A stretch of 64,000 nucleotides of DNA from Capsulimonadaceae bacterium. GTDB taxonomy: Bacteria > Armatimonadota > Armatimonadia > Armatimonadales > Capsulimonadaceae. The first letter of the stretch is position 1. Each line of letters starts with the position of its first letter. Both the position numbers and the translations under genes were made by a program. The stretch spans positions 1 through 64,000 of the forward strand of contig OZ244065.1 in NCBI GenBank assembly GCA_965215505.1, written 5' to 3'. The notes below the pieces were generated by a model, which searched no databases, was not told where the DNA came from, and worked only from the letters and a program-made list of their open reading frames with translations. This document shows, one piece after another, positions 38,469-47,159 of the stretch.

Positions 38469-39506
38469 GACGAGCAGGAAGTGCGGGAACGTCAGGGCCG
38501 CGATCAGCGACAGGTAGAGGTACACGAAAGCCCCCGCCGTGACGTGGGCGCGTCCGTGCCACCAGAACAGGGCCGCCAGCATCGCCAGCGCCCCGAGCGT
38601 CATCGGCAAAGCCTGCCGCGCGACTCGCAGGATGGGTCTCGCCGTCTCCCCGCGCGCCAGAAGGGCGCGGCCGGCTTCATCCAGCAGCATCAGCCGGGCG
38701 AGATGACGGGCCGAGTGCCAGACGCAGAAGTAGACGCCGACCGCCAGGATCGGCGGCACCAGGCTGAAATAGATCAGCAGCAGGCACACCTCTCCGGCAT
38801 CCCGCCGAAACCCCGGACGGTGCGCTCGCCACGACTGCCACAGGTAGGCCGCGCCGAGCGCCGCCAGTACGGCCATCCCCGCCTCCCGACCCTGTCCGCG
38901 CGGTGTCCAGGCCGGGGCCGAGCCGTACCAGCCGAGGATGCCCCCGGCGACCTGCGCGAACACCGACGGGAAGGCCAGTGCGGGCAGGACAATCGGCAGA
39001 CCGCCCCGCACGAGCCACACCGTCAGCCGCTCGCCCCAGCCCCGAGGTGCCGGCCTCCCCTCGAACGCTTCCAGAAAATAGGCGTCGCCCTGTCCCCAAT
39101 GCAGCCACGAGAACAGCAGGAAGACGGCCAGAGCCGCCGGCGGCAGAGTGTGCCAGAAGGCGAGATAGACGGCCACCAGGGACATGTATCCCAGCACGAA
39201 GAGGAGCAGATAACGCGGCGTCAGCCGGCGGCGACGCAGGAACAGCGGTGCCAGATGGTCCAAGGCTCCGTGCGGCAGGCCCAGGAAGACCATGCCGAGT
39301 AGGAACGGGAGGAACTGCCAGCGGGCGGCAAAGCCGGGCAAAAGGTGTGAGAGGAGCAGCACGGCCAGCAGCGTCCCCCAAGCGGGGTAGGTCAGCCACC
39401 TTCGGAGACGTCTGACGGCCTGGTTCGGGGCCGGAGCGTCCGGGCCGCCGCCAGGAGGAACGGCCCCAGCGGGAGGCTCCGGATGATCTGCGAATCGCTG
39501 TGCCAT
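38358..39506 (-). CDS. blh: Brp/Blh beta-carotene 15,15'-dioxygenase (start uncertain)
   Basis: GLPHGALDH, HWGQGD, YFCVWHSARH and IAALTFPH motifs; adjacent to crtY and rhodopsins. Confidence 0.9.
   Translation of the reverse strand: MAQRFADHPEPPAGAVPPGGGPDAPAPNQAVRRLRRWLTYPAWGTLLAVLLLSHLLPGFAARWQFLPFLLGMVFLGLPHGALDHLAPLFLRRRRLTPRYLLLFVLGYMSLVAVYLAFWHTLPPAALAVFLLFSWLHWGQGDAYFLEAFEGRPAPRGWGERLTVWLVRGGLPIVLPALAFPSVFAQVAGGILGWYGSAPAWTPRGQGREAGMAVLAALGAAYLWQSWRAHRPGFRRDAGEVCLLLIYFSLVPPILAVGVYFCVWHSARHLARLMLLDEAGRALLARGETARPILRVARQALPMTLGALAMLAALFWWHGRAHVTAGAFVYLYLSLIAALTFPHFLLVLWMDREELVLDREELVQHRADAVLVGGRGDALGDRL
38420..38461. repeat. perfect 21-bp tandem duplication
   Basis: GGACCAGCTCTTCCCGGTCCA occurs twice in tandem. 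Confidence 0.9.
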
Positions 39507-40594
39507 GTGCCGGCCTCCGAAAGAAAAGCGGTCAATGCCTCGGGCGGGACGTGGGCGAAGAGCCGCTGGAAATGGCCTGGGAATGCGCCTGGGTCGTCCC
39601 GCAGAGCGCGCAGGAAGACGGCGTCGAAGAAGCGGTAGCGGGCCGGGGCGGGCCGCTCACGGAACCGATCCAGTGTCCCGGCCGCCGCCGCGTCGGCGAT
39701 CTGCCGGCACTGTTCCTGGATGCGCGCGAACGTGTACCCGCTGGAGGGCTTGGTACACCCGCCCGCCGTGCCGATGAAGAACACGCGCCCGTCGCGCTTG
39801 GGGAAGGGCCGCATCGTCATCGGGATGGCCCCGGCTTCCTCGCGCGTAACCGCATATTCGGTCACGCCGCGCTGCCGCGTGAGGTGCGCCGAGATCTGCG
39901 CCCGGTGCTGTTCCGGCGTCTGCCTCGCCGCCCGGCTGTCCTGGATGTAGGTGTCCTCGACCAGAGCCTCTGTGGGGGAGAAAGGGAGAGTGTAGAGGAA
40001 GTGCAGGCCGTCCGACTGCGACACCCGGAAGTCCATCAGCGTACAGCGCGTGGAATCAAATTGGGGCGTCTCCGTTCGGACGAATTGCCCGAAGAATCTC
40101 TGCGTCAGGGCATCGCCGTCCTCGGGACATGAGCGTAGTCGGCTGTCGAAGACGTAGTCGGCCGGGTAGATCGCGCCTCCTGCCCGCACCACGGCATGGC
40201 CCGGCGTGGCGTCGCATGACTCCACGGGGCAGCCCAGAGCGAGCGTGACATTGCCCGACCGGCCGATTTCTTCCACGACATGGGCATAGAAGTCCCTGCT
40301 GTGGAGGCAGGCGTAGCCGACGGAGGGTGACGTCTGGGTCGCCGCCCGGCCCGCCGCGTCGAAGACATCCCAGCGGTGCCAGCAATGGGCCGCGAGGTCG
40401 GTGAACGGGGTGGGGCAGGTGTCCCAGAAACACCAGGTCCGGTCGTCGGCAAACGCCGCCTTACGGTCCAGGATCAGGATCGGGTCTTGGATGCCGCGTT
40501 GCAGGAGATAATGGCAGAGGCTCAACCCCGCCGCTCCTGCGCCGAGGATGATGTATCTGTACCGGGTTCCGGCGGTGGCCACGGGGGCCGTCAC
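39392..40594 (-). CDS. crtY: lycopene beta-cyclase (CrtY-type)
   Basis: GAGAAGLS, DRTWCFW, LMDFRV, FLYTLPFS, EEAGAIPM and GTAGGCTKPSSGY motifs. Confidence 0.9.
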   Translation of the reverse strand: MTAPVATAGTRYRYIILGAGAAGLSLCHYLLQRGIQDPILILDRKAAFADDRTWCFWDTCPTPFTDLAAHCWHRWDVFDAAGRAATQTSPSVGYACLHSRDFYAHVVEEIGRSGNVTLALGCPVESCDATPGHAVVRAGGAIYPADYVFDSRLRSCPEDGDALTQRFFGQFVRTETPQFDSTRCTLMDFRVSQSDGLHFLYTLPFSPTEALVEDTYIQDSRAARQTPEQHRAQISAHLTRQRGVTEYAVTREEAGAIPMTMRPFPKRDGRVFFIGTAGGCTKPSSGYTFARIQEQCRQIADAAAAGTLDRFRERPAPARYRFFDAVFLRALRDDPGAFPGHFQRLFAHVPPEALTAFLSEAGTWHSDSQIIRSLPLGPFLLAAARTLRPRTRPSDVSEGG

Positions 40595-40603
40595 TTTCTA
40601 AAG

Positions 40604-40631
40604 GAGCCGCCCGTCCGGAAGCGGGCGGCTC
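40604..40631 (-). terminator. strong hairpin between rhodopsin 1 and crtY
   Basis: GAGCCGCCCG/CGGGCGGCTC 10-bp stem with only a weak U tract (CTTT). Confidence 0.5.
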
Positions 40632-40651
40632 TCGGCCTGATGGGCAGGGAG

Positions 40652-41518
40652 TCAGCGCGTTTGGCCCTCCGGGTGGCCCGTACCCGCATTGATGCGGAGG
40701 CTTCCTGAGCCGTCGGCGTCCTGCGGCAGCCGCTCCGGACTCTCCAGATCGTCCCCGGACAGTGCTTTGACCGCGAGATAGGCAGTCACGCCGAATCCCA
40801 CCTTGTTGATCACGTCCCCAACCGAAGAAGCGACGTTGAACCAGTCCAGGTTGATGCCCCACGAGAGGTGCGAAGCCGACAAACCCTCGAACCAGTAGAC
40901 GATGGGGTAGATGCCCCACAGGCTGACGAGGTACAGGTTCATTGATTTGATCCCGTGCCGGATCGGGAGCGGCTGCGACGCGGCTAGCCGGCTGCCCTCG
41001 GTCAGCAGCAGGTACAGGATCACGGCATAGCCGAGCGTGGAGATTGTACCCCAAATGTAGTGCGCCTGGATAGCGCCCGCTGTGCCGGGGAACCAGTGGC
41101 CATGAAGGGTGGTCCCGTACAGTTCCCCGATGAAGCCCGTCACGATCATGAACAGGTCGGCAAGGATCAGCTTCCAGGCGAAGGCGAAGCCGCGCACCTT
41201 CAGCATCTCCGGGTACTTCAGCAGCAGGAGCGGCGTCGTCACCGTCCAGTCCACATACCGGACGTCCGTCGGGAACGGTCTGTCCGGCGCGTACTGGGCG
41301 GTGAGGTAGTAGTAGGCCACGGCGGCGACCCCGCAGATCATGGCCGAAGTGACCATGGTGCCACGGTAGGCGGGCAGGATTTTCTCACGTTCGGAGAGGA
41401 AGAAGACGAAGGCCGCACCGAGCGCGAACATGGCGGTGAAGAGGCTGTAATGCACGAACGCCTCCGAAGTCGTCCAGTGCGTGACGGCGTTGTCGAGACC
41501 TACATGGTCAAGGCCCAT
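40652..41518 (-). CDS. microbial (type 1) rhodopsin, DTK motif
   Basis: 7 TM segments; helix C RYVDWTVTTPLLLLK; WGIYP; helix G DVINKVGFG with the retinal-binding Lys. Confidence 0.93.
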   Translation of the reverse strand: MGLDHVGLDNAVTHWTTSEAFVHYSLFTAMFALGAAFVFFLSEREKILPAYRGTMVTSAMICGVAAVAYYYLTAQYAPDRPFPTDVRYVDWTVTTPLLLLKYPEMLKVRGFAFAWKLILADLFMIVTGFIGELYGTTLHGHWFPGTAGAIQAHYIWGTISTLGYAVILYLLLTEGSRLAASQPLPIRHGIKSMNLYLVSLWGIYPIVYWFEGLSASHLSWGINLDWFNVASSVGDVINKVGFGVTAYLAVKALSGDDLESPERLPQDADGSGSLRINAGTGHPEGQTR

Positions 41519-41875
41519 CGAAAACTCTTTCTAATCAGTGCGGACCGGTGCGTTTCCGGGACGCCTGACGGCGGGAATATATGACATTGTACGCGCATGG
41601 GGCGGGCGTTAAACGTGCCGCGCTCGATGCCAAGGACCCGCCGCATCTTGTGACACACATGTTCAAGCAAGGGTTGACAGCGCCCCCCCATATGTGGTAT
41701 TTACCAGGATAGCCGTCTAGGTGGCAACGTGATAATTGCCACCCGTCATTGCCCTCCACTCGGGGCAGTAGACTTAGTCAGGAGAACACAGGTACTCGGG
41801 TAGGGAGTGCCTACGCACGGTAGCGTTTTTACCGCAGGAAGGTCTGACGTCAACTCATTTAGAAAAGGTCTCACA

Positions 41876-42691
41876 ATGCCTGACACGAACGTGCTCAGCT
41901 CCGGCGCGTACAGCGCCGTCTACAACGGACTCTCTCTCGCCGTCGCCGCGATGCTTGCGGGGACTCTCTTCTTCTTCTTCTCGCGCACACAGGTCGGTTT
42001 CAAGTACCGTCCTGCCCTCCTGGTATCGGCGCTCGTCACCGCCATCGCGTGCTACCACTACTTCCGCATCTTCAACAGCTGGGTCGATGCCCACGCGGTC
42101 AACGCCTCCGGCAGCTACGACCTGACCAAGAACACCTTCAACGACGCCTACCGCTACATGGACTGGATTCTGACCGTGCCCCTCCTGCTCGTGGAACTGG
42201 TCGCCGTTCTGGGGCTGCCGAAAGAGGAGAGTCGCGGCCTGCTCGTCAAACTCGCCGTCGCCGCCTTCTTCATGATCGCGCTCGGCTATCCGGGTGAGAT
42301 CCAGACGAACCTGGGCCTGCGGACGCTTTGGGGCACGCTCAGCACGATCCCCTTCGTCTACATCCTGTTCATCCTATGGAAGCAGCTCAGCACGTCGCTC
42401 GAGCATCAGCCGGCGGCAGTCAAGCCGCTCGTCCGCGGCGCGCGCCTCCTGACCCTGGCGAGTTGGGGCTTCTACCCCATCGCCTACATGATCCCCCTGC
42501 TCGGCAACGGCATTCCCTACGAGGGGAAGCAGATCGGCATTCAGGTCGGCTACACCATCGCGGACATCATCGCGAAGGTCGGCCTCGGCGTGTTCATCTA
42601 CTTCATCGCCATGGCGAAGACCGAGAACGACGCCCGGACCGGCGCTAACCCCTTCGAGCCGACGATTGGGGCGGCCACGGCACCGGCCTAG
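41876..42691 (+). CDS. xanthorhodopsin/Gloeobacter-rhodopsin-like proton pump, DTE motif
   Basis: ACYHYFRI, FNDAYRYMDWILTVPLLLVE, LGYPGE, WGTLSTIPF, WGFYP and DIIAKVGLG motifs; start ATG 41876 after AAAGG. Confidence 0.95.
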   Translation: MPDTNVLSSGAYSAVYNGLSLAVAAMLAGTLFFFFSRTQVGFKYRPALLVSALVTAIACYHYFRIFNSWVDAHAVNASGSYDLTKNTFNDAYRYMDWILTVPLLLVELVAVLGLPKEESRGLLVKLAVAAFFMIALGYPGEIQTNLGLRTLWGTLSTIPFVYILFILWKQLSTSLEHQPAAVKPLVRGARLLTLASWGFYPIAYMIPLLGNGIPYEGKQIGIQVGYTIADIIAKVGLGVFIYFIAMAKTENDARTGANPFEPTIGAATAPA

Positions 42692-42730
42692 TCCCGTCCC
42701 GCGACAGGAGGGATGCTCCTCCAAACACAA

Positions 42731-42757
42731 AGCCGCGCCCCTTCACGGGGCGCGGCT
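42731..42757 (+). terminator. intrinsic terminator
   Basis: AGCCGCGCCCC-TTCAC-GGGGCGCGGCT with a T-rich tail downstream. Confidence 0.65.
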
Positions 42758-42810
42758 CCTTCACCTTTTGGTTTTCCTTGCACTGCGGTGAATAGAAAAT
42801 GGGGTTCCGG

Positions 42811-42978
42811 ATGACAAAGAGGCCGATCAAGTTCGTCGCCTGGGCCGTGATCGCGGCTGGATTTTTTCTGGCGAACTACGCCGCCCAGCATTCCTGGCCG
42901 CTCTGGACGATCACGATCACCGGGGCCGTCTTCATCGGCGCGGTCGTGGCATACGTCCTGACGGCGCAGTCACAGTAG
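42811..42978 (+). CDS. 55-aa two-TM membrane protein
   Basis: MTKRPIKFVAWAVIAAGFFLANYAAQHSWPLWTITITGAVFIGAVVAYVLTAQSQ*; below the ORF-track length cutoff. Confidence 0.55.
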   Translation: MTKRPIKFVAWAVIAAGFFLANYAAQHSWPLWTITITGAVFIGAVVAYVLTAQSQ

Positions 42979-42992
42979 GCGAGTGAGACAGG

Positions 42993-43694
42993 CTAGTTCA
43001 GCGAGGACAGCCTGCCGAGCGCCTGGGTGTCCACGGGTAGGATCGTCCCTTCGGCTTCCGTCCGGGTGCCGAACGTCTCCTGGATCGCGTCCTGCGCCTC
43101 GATCTCCGCGCGCAGGAGTTCGGCCTCATACTCCAGCCGACTGACCGTGTCGCCGATCTCCAGCAGACTCTGTTTCTCCGCCAGCGGCACTTGCAGGACG
43201 CTGGCGACGGCATAAGACAGGTAGGCAGGCTCCTGGGGGAGCTGCAATGCGCCGAGGGAACGGCCCGTCATCGCGAAGAGCGCGCGCAGGTATTTCTTGA
43301 AGAGGCCCGTTACAGTTTCGGTGACGGGCTGCACGCGGACGGGGTCGTCCGCCCCTTCGGACAGCGGCTCGACGCTCGCGGAGAGGTAAGGCTTGTCGTA
43401 GGATGTCCGCGTCACGCGGAAGCGCGTCTCCCCGAAGACCAGGATGTTCATGCGTCCGTCCGGCATCTCCTCGAACTGGGTGATGCGCGCCGTGGTGCCG
43501 ACCAGGTGCGGGACGACCTGCCCGCCTTCTTCCGCGCCGTCTTGGATCAGGACCACGCCGAACGGCGAGTTCTCCTCCCGGCACCGCATGATCATCTCCC
43601 GGTAGCGCGGCTCGAAGATGTGCAGGGGGAGCGGCATGTCGGGGAACAGAACGACGTGCAGCGGGAACAGGGGGATGTCATCATAGTCTACCAT
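42993..43694 (-). CDS. Lon peptidase N-terminal (substrate-binding) domain protein
   Basis: IPLFPL..VLFP...LPLHIFEPRY motif. Confidence 0.9.
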   Translation of the reverse strand: MVDYDDIPLFPLHVVLFPDMPLPLHIFEPRYREMIMRCREENSPFGVVLIQDGAEEGGQVVPHLVGTTARITQFEEMPDGRMNILVFGETRFRVTRTSYDKPYLSASVEPLSEGADDPVRVQPVTETVTGLFKKYLRALFAMTGRSLGALQLPQEPAYLSYAVASVLQVPLAEKQSLLEIGDTVSRLEYEAELLRAEIEAQDAIQETFGTRTEAEGTILPVDTQALGRLSSLN

Positions 43695-43721
43695 GGCATG
43701 CTCACTTGCTAGTCGGGGCGA

Positions 43722-44003
43722 CTACTCCGGGAGGATGGCGATATAGCCCAAGTCCTGCCCGAGCCGGAGGAACTCGTCCGCAGTCTGCGGGAGGCCGTAT
43801 CTGGTCTGGTGGGAGCCGTTATACAGTTCGACCGCCTTCTGGGCGAAACCGAGCGGCGTCATGGCGCTGAGGAACAGGCCCTTCCAGCCCAGCTCCTTCG
43901 CCACCCGCGCCTTGGCCTGGGCCAGAACATCGTCGGCGTCCGGCCCGGTCAGCACCTCGTCCACCTTGCGCCCCGCCACTTCCATCGTCACCCGGACCTT
44001 CAT
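43722..44003 (-). CDS. hypothetical protein
   Basis: 93 aa; TATAAT 6 nt before the ATG. Confidence 0.65.
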   Translation of the reverse strand: MKVRVTMEVAGRKVDEVLTGPDADDVLAQAKARVAKELGWKGLFLSAMTPLGFAQKAVELYNGSHQTRYGLPQTADEFLRLGQDLGYIAILPE

Positions 44004-44069
44004 GGCGTGATTATACCCACTTCGTCCCCAAACCGCTCTGCCCCCTTTCTCGTCTCGTCGCTCCCTTTC

Positions 44070-45134
44070 TCATGCACGTCCCTCCGCCTGTCCCAGGGCG
44101 CGGTCCACGTCGTCGCGGAACGAGCGGAGCATGTCCTCGTCCCCGGTCGCCAGGCAGACGCAGTTGTCCCCGGCTTCGTAGTAGACCAGAAGGGTTCCGT
44201 CTTTGATGACCACCCCGGTCGGGAAGACTATGCCGCCTTTCTCCCTGCTGAACTCATACGTCTCCTGTGGGCCGAACACCCACTCCGGCCACCGCGCGAG
44301 GACGCGGCCCGGATCGTCCTTGTCCAGCAGTGCAATGCCGAAGCGGTACTCCCAGCCGCCCTCCGTCGGTTCCACGCCGTGGAAGATCAGCGCCCACCCA
44401 TCGGGCGTCTCCAGGGGCGGCGGCCCCGCCCCGACCTTGCCGCTGCTCCAGCCGGGCTGGTCATCCTCCTCTAGCACACAGCGCGGGTTGCCCCAGTGGA
44501 TCAGGTCCTCGCTCTCCGAAATCCAGATGTTCTCCTGCGGCCCCGCCGTCGGGCGGTGCAGAAGTTGATACTTGCCGCCGATGAGGCGCGGGAACAGCAC
44601 GGCGTCTTTGTTGTAGGGGTGGATCGCCAGCCCCAGGCGCGTCGCCGTCCGGAAGTCGCGCGTCGTCGCCAGGCAGACGCCCGCGCCGCGGCGCGACCAG
44701 CCGACGTAGGTGATGACGTACTCGCCCCGGTCCGCCAGGAAAGTCAGGCGCGGGTCCTCGCATCCCAAGTTGTCGTACCAGGCCGCTCCCTCGTTCGGGG
44801 AGAGCAGGGGCGTCTCCTCGATGCGCCAGCCGCCGGCCCCGTCCGCCGAGCGGGCGACATGGAGGTGGGAGTGGTCCTGGTCGTCAATGACTCTTAGAAG
44901 CAGCACGACCTCGCCGTCCACCAGGCACGCACCTGGGTTGCAGACGGCTTTGCAGGGGAACGGCATGTCCTCCGGCCGCAGGATCGGGTTCTTCGGGCTG
45001 CGCGTGAACAGCTCGCGCGCCCGCTCGATGTAGAGCGCCGGGATCGCCGAGGTCCGCTGCCGCGCCCCGGCGCGTTCGTCGGCCTCGATCTCCCTCTTCT
45101 GCGCTGCCATGGTCTGTTCCATGAAGTGCCTCAT
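44070..45134 (-). CDS. GH130-like glycosidase/phosphorylase (5-bladed propeller)
   Basis: NPIL, CNPGA, GCEDPR, NKDAVLFP and KVGAGPPP motifs; start ATG 45134 after GGAGG. Confidence 0.88.
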   Translation of the reverse strand: MRHFMEQTMAAQKREIEADERAGARQRTSAIPALYIERARELFTRSPKNPILRPEDMPFPCKAVCNPGACLVDGEVVLLLRVIDDQDHSHLHVARSADGAGGWRIEETPLLSPNEGAAWYDNLGCEDPRLTFLADRGEYVITYVGWSRRGAGVCLATTRDFRTATRLGLAIHPYNKDAVLFPRLIGGKYQLLHRPTAGPQENIWISESEDLIHWGNPRCVLEEDDQPGWSSGKVGAGPPPLETPDGWALIFHGVEPTEGGWEYRFGIALLDKDDPGRVLARWPEWVFGPQETYEFSREKGGIVFPTGVVIKDGTLLVYYEAGDNCVCLATGDEDMLRSFRDDVDRALGQAEGRA

Positions 45135-45153
45135 CCTCCCCTCTGTGGGGCCG

Positions 45154-45729
45154 TCATCGCACGGGTTCTGCGGCCCAGGCGTTCGAGGGCGCGTCGAGTT
45201 CCGGGGCGAATGAGCAGCTGGCCACCTGCATCCCATTCCAGAGGCTGACGCCCCCACCCAGGCGGCGACACAGGAGGCCGGGCATCGAGAAGAGGTTGTG
45301 CAGGAGGTGACGCTCCTGCAACCCGGAGGTCGTCGCCGGGAGAGGGAACTCAAGCCACAGGCGGTGGCCACTGGTGAACTCGATCTCCAGAACCGAGGCG
45401 GGCGGCGACCCCTCCCCGACAGCAGGCATCGCGCTCTGCCTGGCCTGGTACTCGGCCTGGGTGATCTCCAGGGGCAGGGCGGGGAGCGGCCCGGAGTCAA
45501 GCAGTTCTTCGGGAATCGTCTCCATGAGGAGACTGATGCCGATGAGGGTCGCCCCCGCATAGGCCGCCGACTGGTTATATCCGGTGATGACCAGGCTGGG
45601 CTGTGCGAAGATCTTGGGGCTGATCTGCTGTAATATCCGGCGTGCCTGCACCGGATCGTTCTGGATGAACTTGTGTGTCCTGCCATTGATGAGATGAAGA
45701 TCGATCTCAAGAAATCTCTGGGTCGTCAT
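45154..45729 (-). CDS. hypothetical protein
   Basis: 191 aa with an AAGGA RBS. Confidence 0.65.
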   Translation of the reverse strand: MTTQRFLEIDLHLINGRTHKFIQNDPVQARRILQQISPKIFAQPSLVITGYNQSAAYAGATLIGISLLMETIPEELLDSGPLPALPLEITQAEYQARQSAMPAVGEGSPPASVLEIEFTSGHRLWLEFPLPATTSGLQERHLLHNLFSMPGLLCRRLGGGVSLWNGMQVASCSFAPELDAPSNAWAAEPVR

Positions 45730-45810
45730 TTCGGGTTTCCTTTCGTCGGCCCCGTGGCCCCGTCAGAGATGCCGCAGGCCTGCGGTGAGCGGACTCGGCA
45801 CGGGTCACGC

Positions 45811-46065
45811 TCAGGCCCAGGCCGCCGGAGTGCCCGACGGCCCGTACTCTTGCCCCCGGATGTCCATGAGCTGAGATTTTCCAAGGCCGCCGCGCATCGC
45901 GGCGCGCGCGGCAAGGAACTCGTCTGTCGCCTCCATCTTCTCCTGTTGGGCGGCACGAAGCCGCGCCCTCGCGGTGCGGTAGCGCCCTTCCGCGCTTAAC
46001 TCCGTCGGCGGCTCGGCCGGCGTCCGTATCTCGGTGGATTCCATGGTCTTACCCCGCCATTTCAT
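45811..46065 (-). CDS. small coiled-coil protein (paralog of 47160-47435)
   Basis: RYRTARARLRAAQQEKMEATDEFLAARAAMR. Confidence 0.6.
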   Translation of the reverse strand: MKWRGKTMESTEIRTPAEPPTELSAEGRYRTARARLRAAQQEKMEATDEFLAARAAMRGGLGKSQLMDIRGQEYGPSGTPAAWA

Positions 46066-46080
46066 CGTGGCTTAGGCGCT

Positions 46081-46239
46081 TCAGACGTCGTCGAAGTCCG
46101 TGTCAACGCCGAAAACCTCTTGGGCCGTCATTTCCCGCGTCTTGATGTTGACGTAGAGGACGCCGATCAGGGCCGCGCCCAGAACGACCAGAACGAACGG
46201 GTAGGTGCGTGTCGCCCCCCTCGGCTGCTGTGGTGTCAT
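46081..46239 (-). CDS. small single-TM protein
   Basis: MTPQQPRG...FVLVVLGAALIGVLYV; AAGGAG RBS. Confidence 0.55.
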   Translation of the reverse strand: MTPQQPRGATRTYPFVLVVLGAALIGVLYVNIKTREMTAQEVFGVDTDFDDV

Positions 46240-46259
46240 TTCGATCTCCTTGCGCTGTC

Positions 46260-47114
46260 TCACCGGAAGAGGTGATCGGTCAGGCCTGTGTTCGGGCGGG
46301 CGTCCTGGATGAACGTCTGGCCGACGAACTCGCCCTGGGCATTGGCCGCGTCCACCTCTGAGGGCAGCCAAACGCCCGCCGTCAGGACCGGATTTCGGAA
46401 AGTGTAGACCGCGTGCAGCGCGCCGTCCTGGCCGTGTTCCTCCCGCCGGCGGATGATCCGGGTGTTCGGGTCGATCCAGACCAGCCGGAACGAGGTGTCG
46501 TGCATCCGGGGGGCGTAGCTCAACCGGAAGACCGCGCAGGGCGTCCCTTCGACGGGCTGCACCCCCTGGAACCTTGCGTCCGCGTAAGACAGGTAGAACT
46601 CATTGAGTAGGCCCGTGTCGAGCAGCGTCGTCACCTTGCCAGGTGCCTGGGACTCGTCCTGGTTCTTGTGGATGAAGCCGATGCGGATGTGCTGGGTGAA
46701 GCCGTCCATGACCAGCACGCCGTTCAGGCCGAGGACCTTGCCGTCCAGCCGGATCATGTCCGGCTGCTTGTAATGCAGGGTGCCGTTGCCGGCGACCTTG
46801 TAGAGCTGGCCGAACTCCTTGCTGATCTGTTCGCCGGCCTTTTTGTCGTACCGGCCCGTCCTAAGCGTCACCGTGAAGTCCTGGAGGCCGGGCTGGACGT
46901 AGGCATGGATGTCGCGGCTCAGGCCCGGCATCTGGGGACGCGGCGGGGCGGGCTGCCCCGCCGCGACCGCCGCGAGGTGGACGGGCGCTGCGGTGGCCGG
47001 CACGAGGGCGGAGAGTAGGGCGGCGGCCGCCGCCAGGGGCCGGAGCCGATGGGCGCGCACGCCGAAAATCTTGACGCTTATCTTGAAGCTCTGCATGACT
47101 TGTTCCTCATTCAC
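46260..47114 (-). CDS. LolA-like / outer-membrane lipoprotein-sorting fold protein
   Basis: Signal peptide; YKQPD.IR, LVWIDP and NTGL.D.LF motifs. Confidence 0.65.
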   Translation of the reverse strand: MNEEQVMQSFKISVKIFGVRAHRLRPLAAAAALLSALVPATAAPVHLAAVAAGQPAPPRPQMPGLSRDIHAYVQPGLQDFTVTLRTGRYDKKAGEQISKEFGQLYKVAGNGTLHYKQPDMIRLDGKVLGLNGVLVMDGFTQHIRIGFIHKNQDESQAPGKVTTLLDTGLLNEFYLSYADARFQGVQPVEGTPCAVFRLSYAPRMHDTSFRLVWIDPNTRIIRRREEHGQDGALHAVYTFRNPVLTAGVWLPSEVDAANAQGEFVGQTFIQDARPNTGLTDHLFR

Positions 47115-47159
47115 TTTCTGCCGCCCTTATCTGGCCGGCAGAGACTCGAAGGTGAGCGT

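Noticed and set aside
44070-45710. 546-aa ORF as one protein
   Set aside because: The first 192 codons overlap another gene out of frame; the RBS and GH130 motifs support a start at 45134.
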